From a virus, in IMG/VR virus record IMGVR_UViG_3300023174_000075, positions 1-64,000 of that record: a DNA stretch of 64,000 nt. The stretch is one strand, 5' to 3'. Shown here in pieces: positions 49,297 to 57,320 of the stretch. A model generated the notes under the pieces. It made no database searches. It saw only the letters and a program-made list of their open reading frames with translations, and was not told where the DNA came from. The stretch's first letter is position 1. Every line of letters starts with the position of its first letter. Position numbers and translations under genes: made by a program.

Positions 49297-49638
49297 TTAT
49301 TTTTTTCTTATTAGTAGTTCGCCTAATACTTCCATACGACCCACCTCTCGTTGAAACTCGACTGGAGTCATACTTAATGATATACTCTTTAATGTTTTTT
49401 CAAACTCCTTTTTAGCTTCTTCAACATCGAACTTACCCTCCATTGCTTTCTCATAGTAAGATGCTTTCACTTTAAAGTGATGCCAAGTCAATAATGCCAG
49501 ACCACCTTTCTCTTCAGCTGTGGAAGCTATCTTGGCTGCTCCAGCACCACGGGTGTCAGCAAACTCTTCGAACGCTTTTTCCTCTTGGGACACCTTCTTG
49601 TCGTCAGCTTCCTTTAGTATGTGAGTAAGTTTAATCAT
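49297..49638 (-). CDS. MIKL-leader hypothetical protein
   Basis: MIKLTHILKEA. Confidence 0.7.
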   Translation of the reverse strand: MIKLTHILKEADDKKVSQEEKAFEEFADTRGAGAAKIASTAEEKGGLALLTWHHFKVKASYYEKAMEGKFDVEEAKKEFEKTLKSISLSMTPVEFQREVGRMEVLGELLIRKK

Positions 49639-49639
49639 T

Positions 49640-49942
49640 TTAGTATAGTACTGTGTTGCATAAGTTAGACACGGTTAAGTTAGCTATAAGCGATATAAAG
49701 AACATAGCCCAAGTTTGATTGATCTGTGGGACAGTCTTATTGTTATCAATATTGCCAATACCCTTTGGAGCAGTCTTAAAGCCAACAGTGCCATATGTTA
49801 ATGCAGTCCCAATAAAAGCATTCAAAAAGCTAAGTGGTGTAAACAAGAGGCTGTGACCATAGTCCAACAACTCAGAGGAAATAATTACTTGTGGTAATCC
49901 AACCATGAATGCTAATGATAAAAAAATTTTTACTACCTTCAT
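49640..49942 (-). CDS. Multi-TM membrane protein
   Basis: Three hydrophobic segments. Confidence 0.6.
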   Translation of the reverse strand: MKVVKIFLSLAFMVGLPQVIISSELLDYGHSLLFTPLSFLNAFIGTALTYGTVGFKTAPKGIGNIDNNKTVPQINQTWAMFFISLIANLTVSNLCNTVLY

Positions 49943-50169
49943 AAATGTGATATTAAAACAGGCACACTGCCTGCTATTGTGTATAAAAAATCGTTTATGT
50001 CCGGTGTACCCTTTTTAGAGTAGTGATCGTATACTTCTTTAGCTACACCCACTACTGCTGTTACTATGAAGGCATATAGCCATGGCATAACTAATATAGC
50101 GACCCCCGATATTAGAGCTCCATATATAAAATGGTTAGCTTTGTCCAGTGGTACTATTGGTAGTTTCAT
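49939..50169 (-). CDS. Small membrane protein (VanZ/YfiM-like motif)
   Basis: DK..HF..G......KE.YD......D..D...T.AG. Confidence 0.6.
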   Translation of the reverse strand: MKLPIVPLDKANHFIYGALISGVAILVMPWLYAFIVTAVVGVAKEVYDHYSKKGTPDINDFLYTIAGSVPVLISHL

Positions 50170-50170
50170 G

Positions 50171-51043
50171 TTATCGTTTTATTAAAAGATAATAATCTTC
50201 TAACTGCTCTCTCTTCTTTTTAGTAGGTTTTTCATCGGCATAATCCGCATCAAACCTAATAAAGAATTTATCACCTTCTATTTTTGCTATTTCACCAAAC
50301 CATATATCTCCCATTCTAACAATTTCGTTACCTACTTTAAGTTTAGTTTGTGGAGTTATTCTTATCCAATTACCGGCTTTAAAGTCTTTTTGCGCTCTAG
50401 GATCTGCCCAGTTAGGTAGTAAGGTTGGATCTACATCATTTTTAATATAGGTAATTAAATCATCAGCTGATCCATTTCTGATTACTTTTTGCCTGTCGTA
50501 TGTTACAAGATTATTAGCAAGATCTTGTAAATCTTCTGGTTTTTGTTTCTTGCCAGCTTTCTTAAAGCCTAATTTATAGGCAGCTATAAGTACGTTTGTA
50601 ATATCCTTTTTTACTTTAGAATTGTTCGGATATTTATTGAAGCGTTCCATTGCTTTGGTGAATATATTTTTCCACTCATCACCAGGATTGTTATAGTCGT
50701 ATGTATTTGGTTGTGCACTTATGACTTCACCCATGAAGTCAACATCAGGGTCACCAGTCATTTGTCTTGTAGTTGATATTGGCTTCACTGCTTTAATGAA
50801 GGATACCGCTAAGGCACTTTCTCTACTTACCGGCTTATCATTCTTTAGCATCTTGAAGGTAGGTTCATTTTGTGAATTGGTACCCACTCTTACATACAGT
50901 TGCTTGGTATCATCATCGAGAGTAAGCTCTATCTTATCGCCTGGCTTAGTACTTAGCAACTGTCTTTCTACTGCCCCTTCTGTTAGACCAGCTAGTTGTT
51001 GAAAGCGTCTTACTTCGTTTAATATATCTGTTAATTTAATCAT
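50171..51043 (-). CDS. Protein carrying both the MIKL leader and the RFQQLAGL tag
   Basis: MIKLTDILNEVRRFQQLAGLTEG. Confidence 0.7.
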   Translation of the reverse strand: MIKLTDILNEVRRFQQLAGLTEGAVERQLLSTKPGDKIELTLDDDTKQLYVRVGTNSQNEPTFKMLKNDKPVSRESALAVSFIKAVKPISTTRQMTGDPDVDFMGEVISAQPNTYDYNNPGDEWKNIFTKAMERFNKYPNNSKVKKDITNVLIAAYKLGFKKAGKKQKPEDLQDLANNLVTYDRQKVIRNGSADDLITYIKNDVDPTLLPNWADPRAQKDFKAGNWIRITPQTKLKVGNEIVRMGDIWFGEIAKIEGDKFFIRFDADYADEKPTKKKREQLEDYYLLIKR

Positions 51044-51555
51044 TTTTTATTTTTTACACAATTAGGGTATTTTTTGCCAAACATTGTTTTTATTCCTTTT
51101 TTAGTATATCCAGGCCAACATTTTTCATTTAGTATATCTTCATTCTGTTGTACAGGAGCATATCCTGAGCCATATGGTGCTGCTTTACCGGATTGAGGGT
51201 CTGCTGTTTCTTTATTTAAAGTTTTAGTTTTTCTTTTAGATGCTTCTTTACGTGTTTCAATATAATCTAAAGCACGTTTTAAACGTTTTTTAACCTCAGG
51301 ATCTTTAGCTTTACCATATGCTGCTCTAACACGTTGATGAATTAAATTAATAATTTGTGATTTACGAGCGTGTGTTTTAGATTTAAATGATGCTTTAGTT
51401 AAAGTATCTTTTATATCTTCAGCTGTTTTAAATTTAATAGATACAGTATCTTTAGGATTTTCATCTGTGTATAAACGACGACTGGATCCTTTAGGTTTTT
51501 TACCGGTACCTGTTTTAGGATCAGCTTCAGTTAATATATCTATTAATTTTATCAT
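51040..51555 (-). CDS. MIKL-leader basic modular protein
   Basis: MIKLIDILTEA; LYTDENP.DT; ILNE/KCWPGY...K..PNCVK. Confidence 0.7.
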   Translation of the reverse strand: MIKLIDILTEADPKTGTGKKPKGSSRRLYTDENPKDTVSIKFKTAEDIKDTLTKASFKSKTHARKSQIINLIHQRVRAAYGKAKDPEVKKRLKRALDYIETRKEASKRKTKTLNKETADPQSGKAAPYGSGYAPVQQNEDILNEKCWPGYTKKGIKTMFGKKYPNCVKNKK

Positions 51556-51566
51556 ATTAAACTATA

Positions 51567-51851
51567 TTACTTCTTTAATTTAATATTTTCAGTGGATAAG
51601 AAATCAACTTTAACACGTAGTTCTGCTACTTCAGATGTTAATTTCAATACTAAATTACGTAATTCATCTTTTTCTTTAGCTGATGCTTCTAATAGAGCTT
51701 CTAATTTAGAGATACGATCTTTGCAGTCATGACGAATAAAATCATCATCACGTTCTCTATGTATTGCTCTTTTTTCATAATAGCGAAAAGCTGTAGTACC
51801 ACCTAAAACTGTTATTGCTGTGATTAATACTGACCAAATGTTACTATCCAT
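51567..51851 (-). CDS. TM plus coiled-coil protein (holin/antiholin-like architecture)
   Basis: N-terminal hydrophobic helix followed by heptads. Confidence 0.5.
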   Translation of the reverse strand: MDSNIWSVLITAITVLGGTTAFRYYEKRAIHRERDDDFIRHDCKDRISKLEALLEASAKEKDELRNLVLKLTSEVAELRVKVDFLSTENIKLKK

Positions 51852-51891
51852 AATACTTAAGACTTATTGTATAAATTATTACCAATAAATA

Positions 51892-52473
51892 TTATGCGTT
51901 CATGGCCTCCTTGAGTTTCTGGATGTATTCTTGTATATCTTTTATGAATTGATTGTCTAGACTTTTACCTTTCCATTCTTCAATATCACCTGCTTCTGTA
52001 ACGTATGATTCGCCAGATTGACCCATAAGTAATTCTAATAATACATTTTCCATTTCCTTAATGTGATATGTAATACCCTGTTTAATTATATTTTGTTCAT
52101 ATTCTTTATATTCACCTCTAACCTTTAATTTAGTTTCATAATCAATTACACAATCAGAACATTTTTGATGTATTTTGAACATATACTTATCAAAATGACC
52201 TTTTGTCATTGGTTTGTTACAGTTAGGACATGTGATAGGTGTGAATATTTTTTTCTTAATATCGTCAAAGCGTGTTACAGTTTGTTTAATTCCATTTTTT
52301 ATAGTCCATTTTTTGCCACGTTCTTCCCAAACGTCACCTTCCTTGCGTTCAACATAGTCGGCAGTATATCCAACCTGTATGCCGGTTTTATCACCCGCTT
52401 TTTTGGTAATGATATTACGCATACGTTGTACATCGCGTGTTTTAAATTCTTTTTTAAGTAAATTATCGCTCAT
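51892..52473 (-). CDS. Hypothetical Zn-ribbon protein
   Basis: EGD.WEE.GK.W..KNG, CPNC...C.DC. Confidence 0.7.
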   Translation of the reverse strand: MSDNLLKKEFKTRDVQRMRNIITKKAGDKTGIQVGYTADYVERKEGDVWEERGKKWTIKNGIKQTVTRFDDIKKKIFTPITCPNCNKPMTKGHFDKYMFKIHQKCSDCVIDYETKLKVRGEYKEYEQNIIKQGITYHIKEMENVLLELLMGQSGESYVTEAGDIEEWKGKSLDNQFIKDIQEYIQKLKEAMNA

Positions 52474-52940
52474 TATAACCCTAATTTTTTAAGTTGTGCA
52501 ATTGTATTTGTAGCTGAAGTATGGTGTATTCCCATACCACCAGCATTATTCCATTCTCTAATGGTTTGTTCCATATCATCAATTAATATTCGTTCAGGGC
52601 CAGCAAACATTTGTTTATATGCTCTAGAATAAAAATATAATTTTTTATATTGATTATTAATATGCATTTTGCACCAAGCTTCCTTACCTACTTTAGATGA
52701 AGGATCTTGTGATGGAGATGATAAAATATTTGGTTTATAGCGTTTGATATAACTCCATAGAGTTTTACCATCTGACATCCAGGGTAGATTAGCCCAAAAA
52801 GCGGCCCCTTCTTCTTCTATTGGTTGCCAAAAGGCAGCGTCACCTTTAACGTATTGTTTTGTGTGAACACCTGTTAGATCATAATAACCTTTTTCAAAAT
52901 CAACAAGGACACCATCCATGTCACAGTAAATTGTATACAT
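52473..52940 (-). CDS. HAD 5'(3')-deoxyribonucleotidase
   Basis: DMDGVLVDF, F..L.W, GK..W, LIDD...N/T..W...GG.GI. Confidence 0.85.
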   Translation of the reverse strand: MYTIYCDMDGVLVDFEKGYYDLTGVHTKQYVKGDAAFWQPIEEEGAAFWANLPWMSDGKTLWSYIKRYKPNILSSPSQDPSSKVGKEAWCKMHINNQYKKLYFYSRAYKQMFAGPERILIDDMEQTIREWNNAGGMGIHHTSATNTIAQLKKLGL

Positions 52941-52953
52941 AACTTATATTTTA

Positions 52954-54366
52954 TTATTGATATATTTCTTCGTTTTGTTTGCCGAATTTTCTTAATAATA
53001 CACCTGCTTGCGCATTTGCTTCATTTTCAATTTCACTACCCGTCTCACCACTATTATAATCAATTCTACCATCCTCAGCTTGCTTGCGATGTACTAACTC
53101 ATGAGCTAATGTACGTAATAAATCGGCCATGTTACGATTTTTAACATACAACCATATTTTATCATTATTAGGATCAAATGAACCAAATGAATGATTTGAT
53201 TTAGCCATATTATTATCTCTTGACAATGTAAGAGATGTTGGCGGTTTTTGTATTCCTAATTCGTCAATAGCAAAAGCAATAAATTTCTTTAATAATTTAT
53301 TATCGTTTGCTGTATTTAAACCTTCCCCAAGATCAATGGGTTGATGTAATTGTTTAGTTTGTAGATTTAATGTGCCTTGTAATACAGTAGGAATTGAACC
53401 TAAAGCTTTATATAAAGATAATACAACTTCTCCACCTACCAAATAATACTTATCTTGAGCATAACATAATACAAGAGGTAACGGCATATCCTTACCAGCT
53501 TTAATTTGATCAATGTATGGTTTTGGGTTAATACCTAATTTTAAAGCATGTTGGATAGCATCATCTAGTGTTTTCATTTTATATGACTTGCTATTTTCTA
53601 ATTTAGACCATATATCATCATTTAATACTGTTTCCTCTCCACCATTAAAAGCATATTCCATATCCTCTATTGGAATATTAAATACAGCAGATGCTTTTTC
53701 TATTTTAGCACGATTTTGTGTTATGTAGTCTTGATAAGCATCATCATCAAAATTAATTGGAGGTGATTCTTTTAATGGCTCTTCTGTAGGTGTTTCGGCA
53801 GGAGTTTCTATTGGTGGTGTTTCTGTTGATTTTTCTTCTGGTTTATTATTCAATGCATTTAAAAAATCATCTACAGACACTCCATCGGGAAGATATTTTG
53901 CAATTTCTTCCTCATTCTTTTGAGCTAAGGCCATACGTAAGTTAGTTGCACTAACACCTTCAATAGCACCAGCATCAAATACTTTTACGTTAGGGTATTT
54001 CTCAATACTTTTATAGCGATCCATTTCACCTTTACCAAATGCTACTAAAAAATTAGTATCAGGATTATTTTTAACAACATCATATACTTCCTTAACAGGA
54101 CTAGAATCAGCAGATACTTTTACTTCAACTGAACCATTAAATTTATTTTTATATAGATCCCATACAGCAATACTTTCATCAGCAGTAACACCTTCACGTG
54201 TTTGAGGTGACACAAGTACTACTACTTGATCAGCAGCTTTTAATAATTTTTCAACAACATCAACATGTCCTTTATGAGGTGGTTTAAAGGCACCTGGGAA
54301 TAGTGCTATTGTTGGTTGATTTTCTGCTTCTAATAATATATTAGCTAAGTATTGGCCTAAATTCAT
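52954..54366 (-). CDS. Multidomain protein: HxGH nucleotidyltransferase (cytidylyltransferase-like), middle domain, HExxH zincin-like domain
   Basis: FPGAFKPPHKGH, SAT.LR; RTLAHELVH..Q...E.EA; leader ending ILLEA. Confidence 0.75.
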   Translation of the reverse strand: MNLGQYLANILLEAENQPTIALFPGAFKPPHKGHVDVVEKLLKAADQVVVLVSPQTREGVTADESIAVWDLYKNKFNGSVEVKVSADSSPVKEVYDVVKNNPDTNFLVAFGKGEMDRYKSIEKYPNVKVFDAGAIEGVSATNLRMALAQKNEEEIAKYLPDGVSVDDFLNALNNKPEEKSTETPPIETPAETPTEEPLKESPPINFDDDAYQDYITQNRAKIEKASAVFNIPIEDMEYAFNGGEETVLNDDIWSKLENSKSYKMKTLDDAIQHALKLGINPKPYIDQIKAGKDMPLPLVLCYAQDKYYLVGGEVVLSLYKALGSIPTVLQGTLNLQTKQLHQPIDLGEGLNTANDNKLLKKFIAFAIDELGIQKPPTSLTLSRDNNMAKSNHSFGSFDPNNDKIWLYVKNRNMADLLRTLAHELVHRKQAEDGRIDYNSGETGSEIENEANAQAGVLLRKFGKQNEEIYQ

Positions 54367-55118
54367 TTTATAAAATTATTTATTTTCGATTTAGCATTTT
54401 TAATAGATGTAAATTGTGGTATTATTTCTACTAAATGAGCTATCATGTCATTTAAAGCTTGATTTTCTTGTTCTTTTTTAGCGCGTTCGTCTGCTGTATA
54501 AACCTTACCACTACCTTTTACTGTTTGAAAAAATAATCGTTTAGCAGTTTCAGGATTATATTCAGCTTTACCTTCAGGATCATTATTTACTAATATAAAT
54601 TTATCACCAAAAGCTTTTTTATACGTATCTATATTATTATTAACTCCAGCCCATGTTTTTAATACAATACCAGGAGGTAATGCTCTATCCCTATCAGCAT
54701 TACGTTTTAATGATGTATAAGGGGAAACCCAAATCATTAACATCATTGTATCATATCCTAATGCTTCTAATTCAGATTTTTTCTTAAGTAATGGTTTACT
54801 AGCGGCACCTGTACCATCTATTACTATATTATTTTTATCAGCAGATAGTTGTGCAAATTTTTCTTTAGTAGTCTTTTGAGCTCTACCCATCATTTGTGCT
54901 GCTTGGGATAATTGATCTTGACTAAAATCAGAAATTTTAGTACCTAATCCAGCTGCTTTAAGTAGTTCTTCATAAGCATCATCTACGTTAATTACAGTTA
55001 AATCTGATGGTATAATTTGCTTAGTTACAAATGTTTTACCAGAGCCAGCAGGACCAGCTAAAAATATAGCTTTTGGTCGAGCTGATGCTTCTAATAATAA
55101 GTTTAATAATTTAATCAT
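54363..55118 (-). CDS. MIKL-leader P-loop kinase (zeta-toxin/AAA_33-like)
   Basis: MIKLLNLLLEA; AGPAGSGKT, INVDD, IDGTG, RN..R.R. Confidence 0.75.
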   Translation of the reverse strand: MIKLLNLLLEASARPKAIFLAGPAGSGKTFVTKQIIPSDLTVINVDDAYEELLKAAGLGTKISDFSQDQLSQAAQMMGRAQKTTKEKFAQLSADKNNIVIDGTGAASKPLLKKKSELEALGYDTMMLMIWVSPYTSLKRNADRDRALPPGIVLKTWAGVNNNIDTYKKAFGDKFILVNNDPEGKAEYNPETAKRLFFQTVKGSGKVYTADERAKKEQENQALNDMIAHLVEIIPQFTSIKNAKSKINNFIK

Positions 55119-55136
55119 AATATATCAATAAATATA

Positions 55137-55922
55137 TTACTTTGCTATTTTAACTGAAGTTGGTAATATTTCTGTGTATGGTTTGTGGTCAGGATTTTCC
55201 ATTTTATATATTTCCTGTACGTTTTTAAACATTTTGAAATTATTCTCAATATCACTAACTATTTTTAGTTCCCAACCTTTACCTTGTATTCTACCACCTT
55301 TACCCTCACCGCGTGTATTTGCTTTAACCCACAATATACCAGTTTGTGTAATTTTTTCACTATGCGTTTCGTTCCATGCTGTAGCATAGGCTGCTAACTG
55401 TAAGTCATAGCTAGTATGAAGTGAATTTGATGTTTTAAGATCCATTAACCATAAATGATCCATAAATCGAACTACTAAATCTGCAGTACCTGCAAATTCA
55501 TGTTCATCTGAAAATAAATGATATTCTGTAGCTACTAGTTCTGGTTTATGAGTGTTCCAAAAATCAGCAAAGCGTAATATCATACGCCAAACATCTAAAT
55601 TGTATTTAACATTACCCCATTCATCTAACCAATGAATTTCTTCACCATTAATAAAGGCTTCAACAGCATTGTGTACTTGTGTACCTTCACCAGCTGCTTT
55701 ATTAGCTATGATGTCGGAATTGTGTCCTACATCTTTTAACCAGCTATGGAAGAATTGATTTTTAGGGAAATAATTTAGAATTGATGTTACTGAGGGGAAA
55801 TATTTTCCATCTCTACGATAGAATCTATTATCTAAAACATTAATTTGTTTGTCACCTTCTTTATATTCTACAAGGCGTTTGATCTTAGGATCTTTAATAA
55901 TGTTTACATTTTTTTCAATCAT
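55137..55922 (-). CDS. PD-(D/E)XK exonuclease
   Basis: PSVT.IL, GT.VH, E..L.....AG.AD, D.KTS, Q.AAY. Confidence 0.85.
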   Translation of the reverse strand: MIEKNVNIIKDPKIKRLVEYKEGDKQINVLDNRFYRRDGKYFPSVTSILNYFPKNQFFHSWLKDVGHNSDIIANKAAGEGTQVHNAVEAFINGEEIHWLDEWGNVKYNLDVWRMILRFADFWNTHKPELVATEYHLFSDEHEFAGTADLVVRFMDHLWLMDLKTSNSLHTSYDLQLAAYATAWNETHSEKITQTGILWVKANTRGEGKGGRIQGKGWELKIVSDIENNFKMFKNVQEIYKMENPDHKPYTEILPTSVKIAK

Positions 55923-56860
55923 AATTGGAGTTTTTTAGTCAATAGAGATTGAAAGTTAAGAGGTGCAGTATTTTCAATAATGTTTAAAAACCTCTCAAAT
56001 CCAATTTCATTAGCATCTTTACCATCTAATTCTACTAGATATACTTCTTTACCATACGACATCAATTCTTCGCAATATTTAAAAGCATTTTTAATAGCAT
56101 CAGGATCAAGAGCAATATAGATTCTATTGACTGATGAACGGACTAATTTTTTCATTAGCTTCTCGTGAATAATTTTCCCAAATAAGGGGATTACATTGCG
56201 TTTAATTGTTAGTGCATCAAACATACCTTCAACAAGTATAATAGGTGCGTCCCAATTTATATATAACTCCCAACCAATAGCAGATTTAGCATCAGCAGGA
56301 GGATTTTTATATTTTTGTGGTCCATCTTTATAAGCGCGAGCAATAAAGTAATTTATAATACCATTCTCGTCATATGAGGGAACTATAACTCTATCTTTGT
56401 ATAGACCATCATTACAAAATCCAATATTATATTTGATAATATCGTCAAGTGTTATACCACGCTTACGTAAAAATTTAATAGCATGTTTTGCTTCAATAGT
56501 AGTGATTTTATTTTCAACAATATCTGTTAGTGATATAAATTCCTTAGGTAATTCAAGTGTGGTAGATATTTGCTTATATTCTTTACCAGGAGCTATAATC
56601 ATGTTTAGCTCAGCTACTTTATTAGCGGGTATCTTAGCGTTTTTAAAAAGAGATCTAATGGTTTTACCTTTTGCCTCACACACCCAACAATGCCAAGGAT
56701 TCTCGCTTTTAGCGTTTGTTATGCAATTGATTTCTAGTTTATTCTTATGATGAGTACAAAATGGACATTTAAAGGAGTAGTTACCCCGACTAGTCTTGTT
56801 ACCAGTACCTAAAACAGATTCTAATAATATTAATAGAGCAGCATTTTCCATAGTCCTCAA
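55919..56860 (-). CDS. DNA primase (Zn finger and TOPRIM)
   Basis: CPFC...HCWVC; FL.KRG; R.I.P; VEG.FD; LD.D; KD.N. Confidence 0.85.
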   Translation of the reverse strand: MRTMENAALLILLESVLGTGNKTSRGNYSFKCPFCTHHKNKLEINCITNAKSENPWHCWVCEAKGKTIRSLFKNAKIPANKVAELNMIIAPGKEYKQISTTLELPKEFISLTDIVENKITTIEAKHAIKFLRKRGITLDDIIKYNIGFCNDGLYKDRVIVPSYDENGIINYFIARAYKDGPQKYKNPPADAKSAIGWELYINWDAPIILVEGMFDALTIKRNVIPLFGKIIHEKLMKKLVRSSVNRIYIALDPDAIKNAFKYCEELMSYGKEVYLVELDGKDANEIGFERFLNIIENTAPLNFQSLLTKKLQL

Positions 56861-56866
56861 TATACG

Positions 56867-56897
56867 AAATTATTCTGCCGTAACAAAATCTTTGCGA
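56867..56897 (-). promoter_or_regulatory. Bacteroidota-like sigma promoter TTTG-N19-TATATTGA upstream of primase
   Basis: Minus strand TTTGTTACGGCAGAATAATTTCGTATATTGA. Confidence 0.45.
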
Positions 56898-57310
56898 TAG
56901 AATTTACCTAGTATATTATCATTGTAACTATCAGTAAATAGTACTGAGTATGATACTTGGTATTGTATTTCGTAGTATGTAAGTTGTTTTTTAGTAGAGC
57001 AGAATTTTATTATTTCCTTCTCGAAGTTATCTGCTCCTAGTAATTTAACATCAGCTAATAATTCTTTAGATGAACCCCAGTAATTACGCCAACCACTGTC
57101 GACTTGTTCTATTTTAGTAATTGAGCGACGACCAGGACCAGTTTGTTCAGCTAATTCCTTTTTAGTAAGCTTTTTCTTCTTATTGTGAAAGAATGCTTTT
57201 TTACCTATGTAAAATTTATTTGTTTCTAGATTAGTGATTTTATAAATAAAACCATAATCGTTCGTAGTAAAATCGTCCTGTAGTGGGACGTATTCATATA
57301 ACCAATTCAT
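56870..57310 (-). CDS. GIY-YIG nuclease (T4 endonuclease II-like); likely start MNWLY
   Basis: GFIY.I.N....FYIGKK, W..YWGS, F..EI, E, YN.NI.GK. Confidence 0.75.
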   Translation of the reverse strand: MNWLYEYVPLQDDFTTNDYGFIYKITNLETNKFYIGKKAFFHNKKKKLTKKELAEQTGPGRRSITKIEQVDSGWRNYWGSSKELLADVKLLGADNFEKEIIKFCSTKKQLTYYEIQYQVSYSVLFTDSYNDNILGKFYRKDFVTAE

Positions 57311-57320
57311 AAAAACTGTT

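Noticed and set aside
54363-55118. Zeta/epsilon toxin-antitoxin module
   Set aside because: No antitoxin-like neighbour; only the kinase fold is supported
2085-56750. All plus-strand ORFs in the track (e.g. 43670..44275, 45323..45697, 56397..56750) and short alternate-frame minus ORFs (14361, 32242)
   Set aside because: They lie within or almost entirely within well-supported minus-strand genes and show no motifs; antisense or alternate-frame shadows
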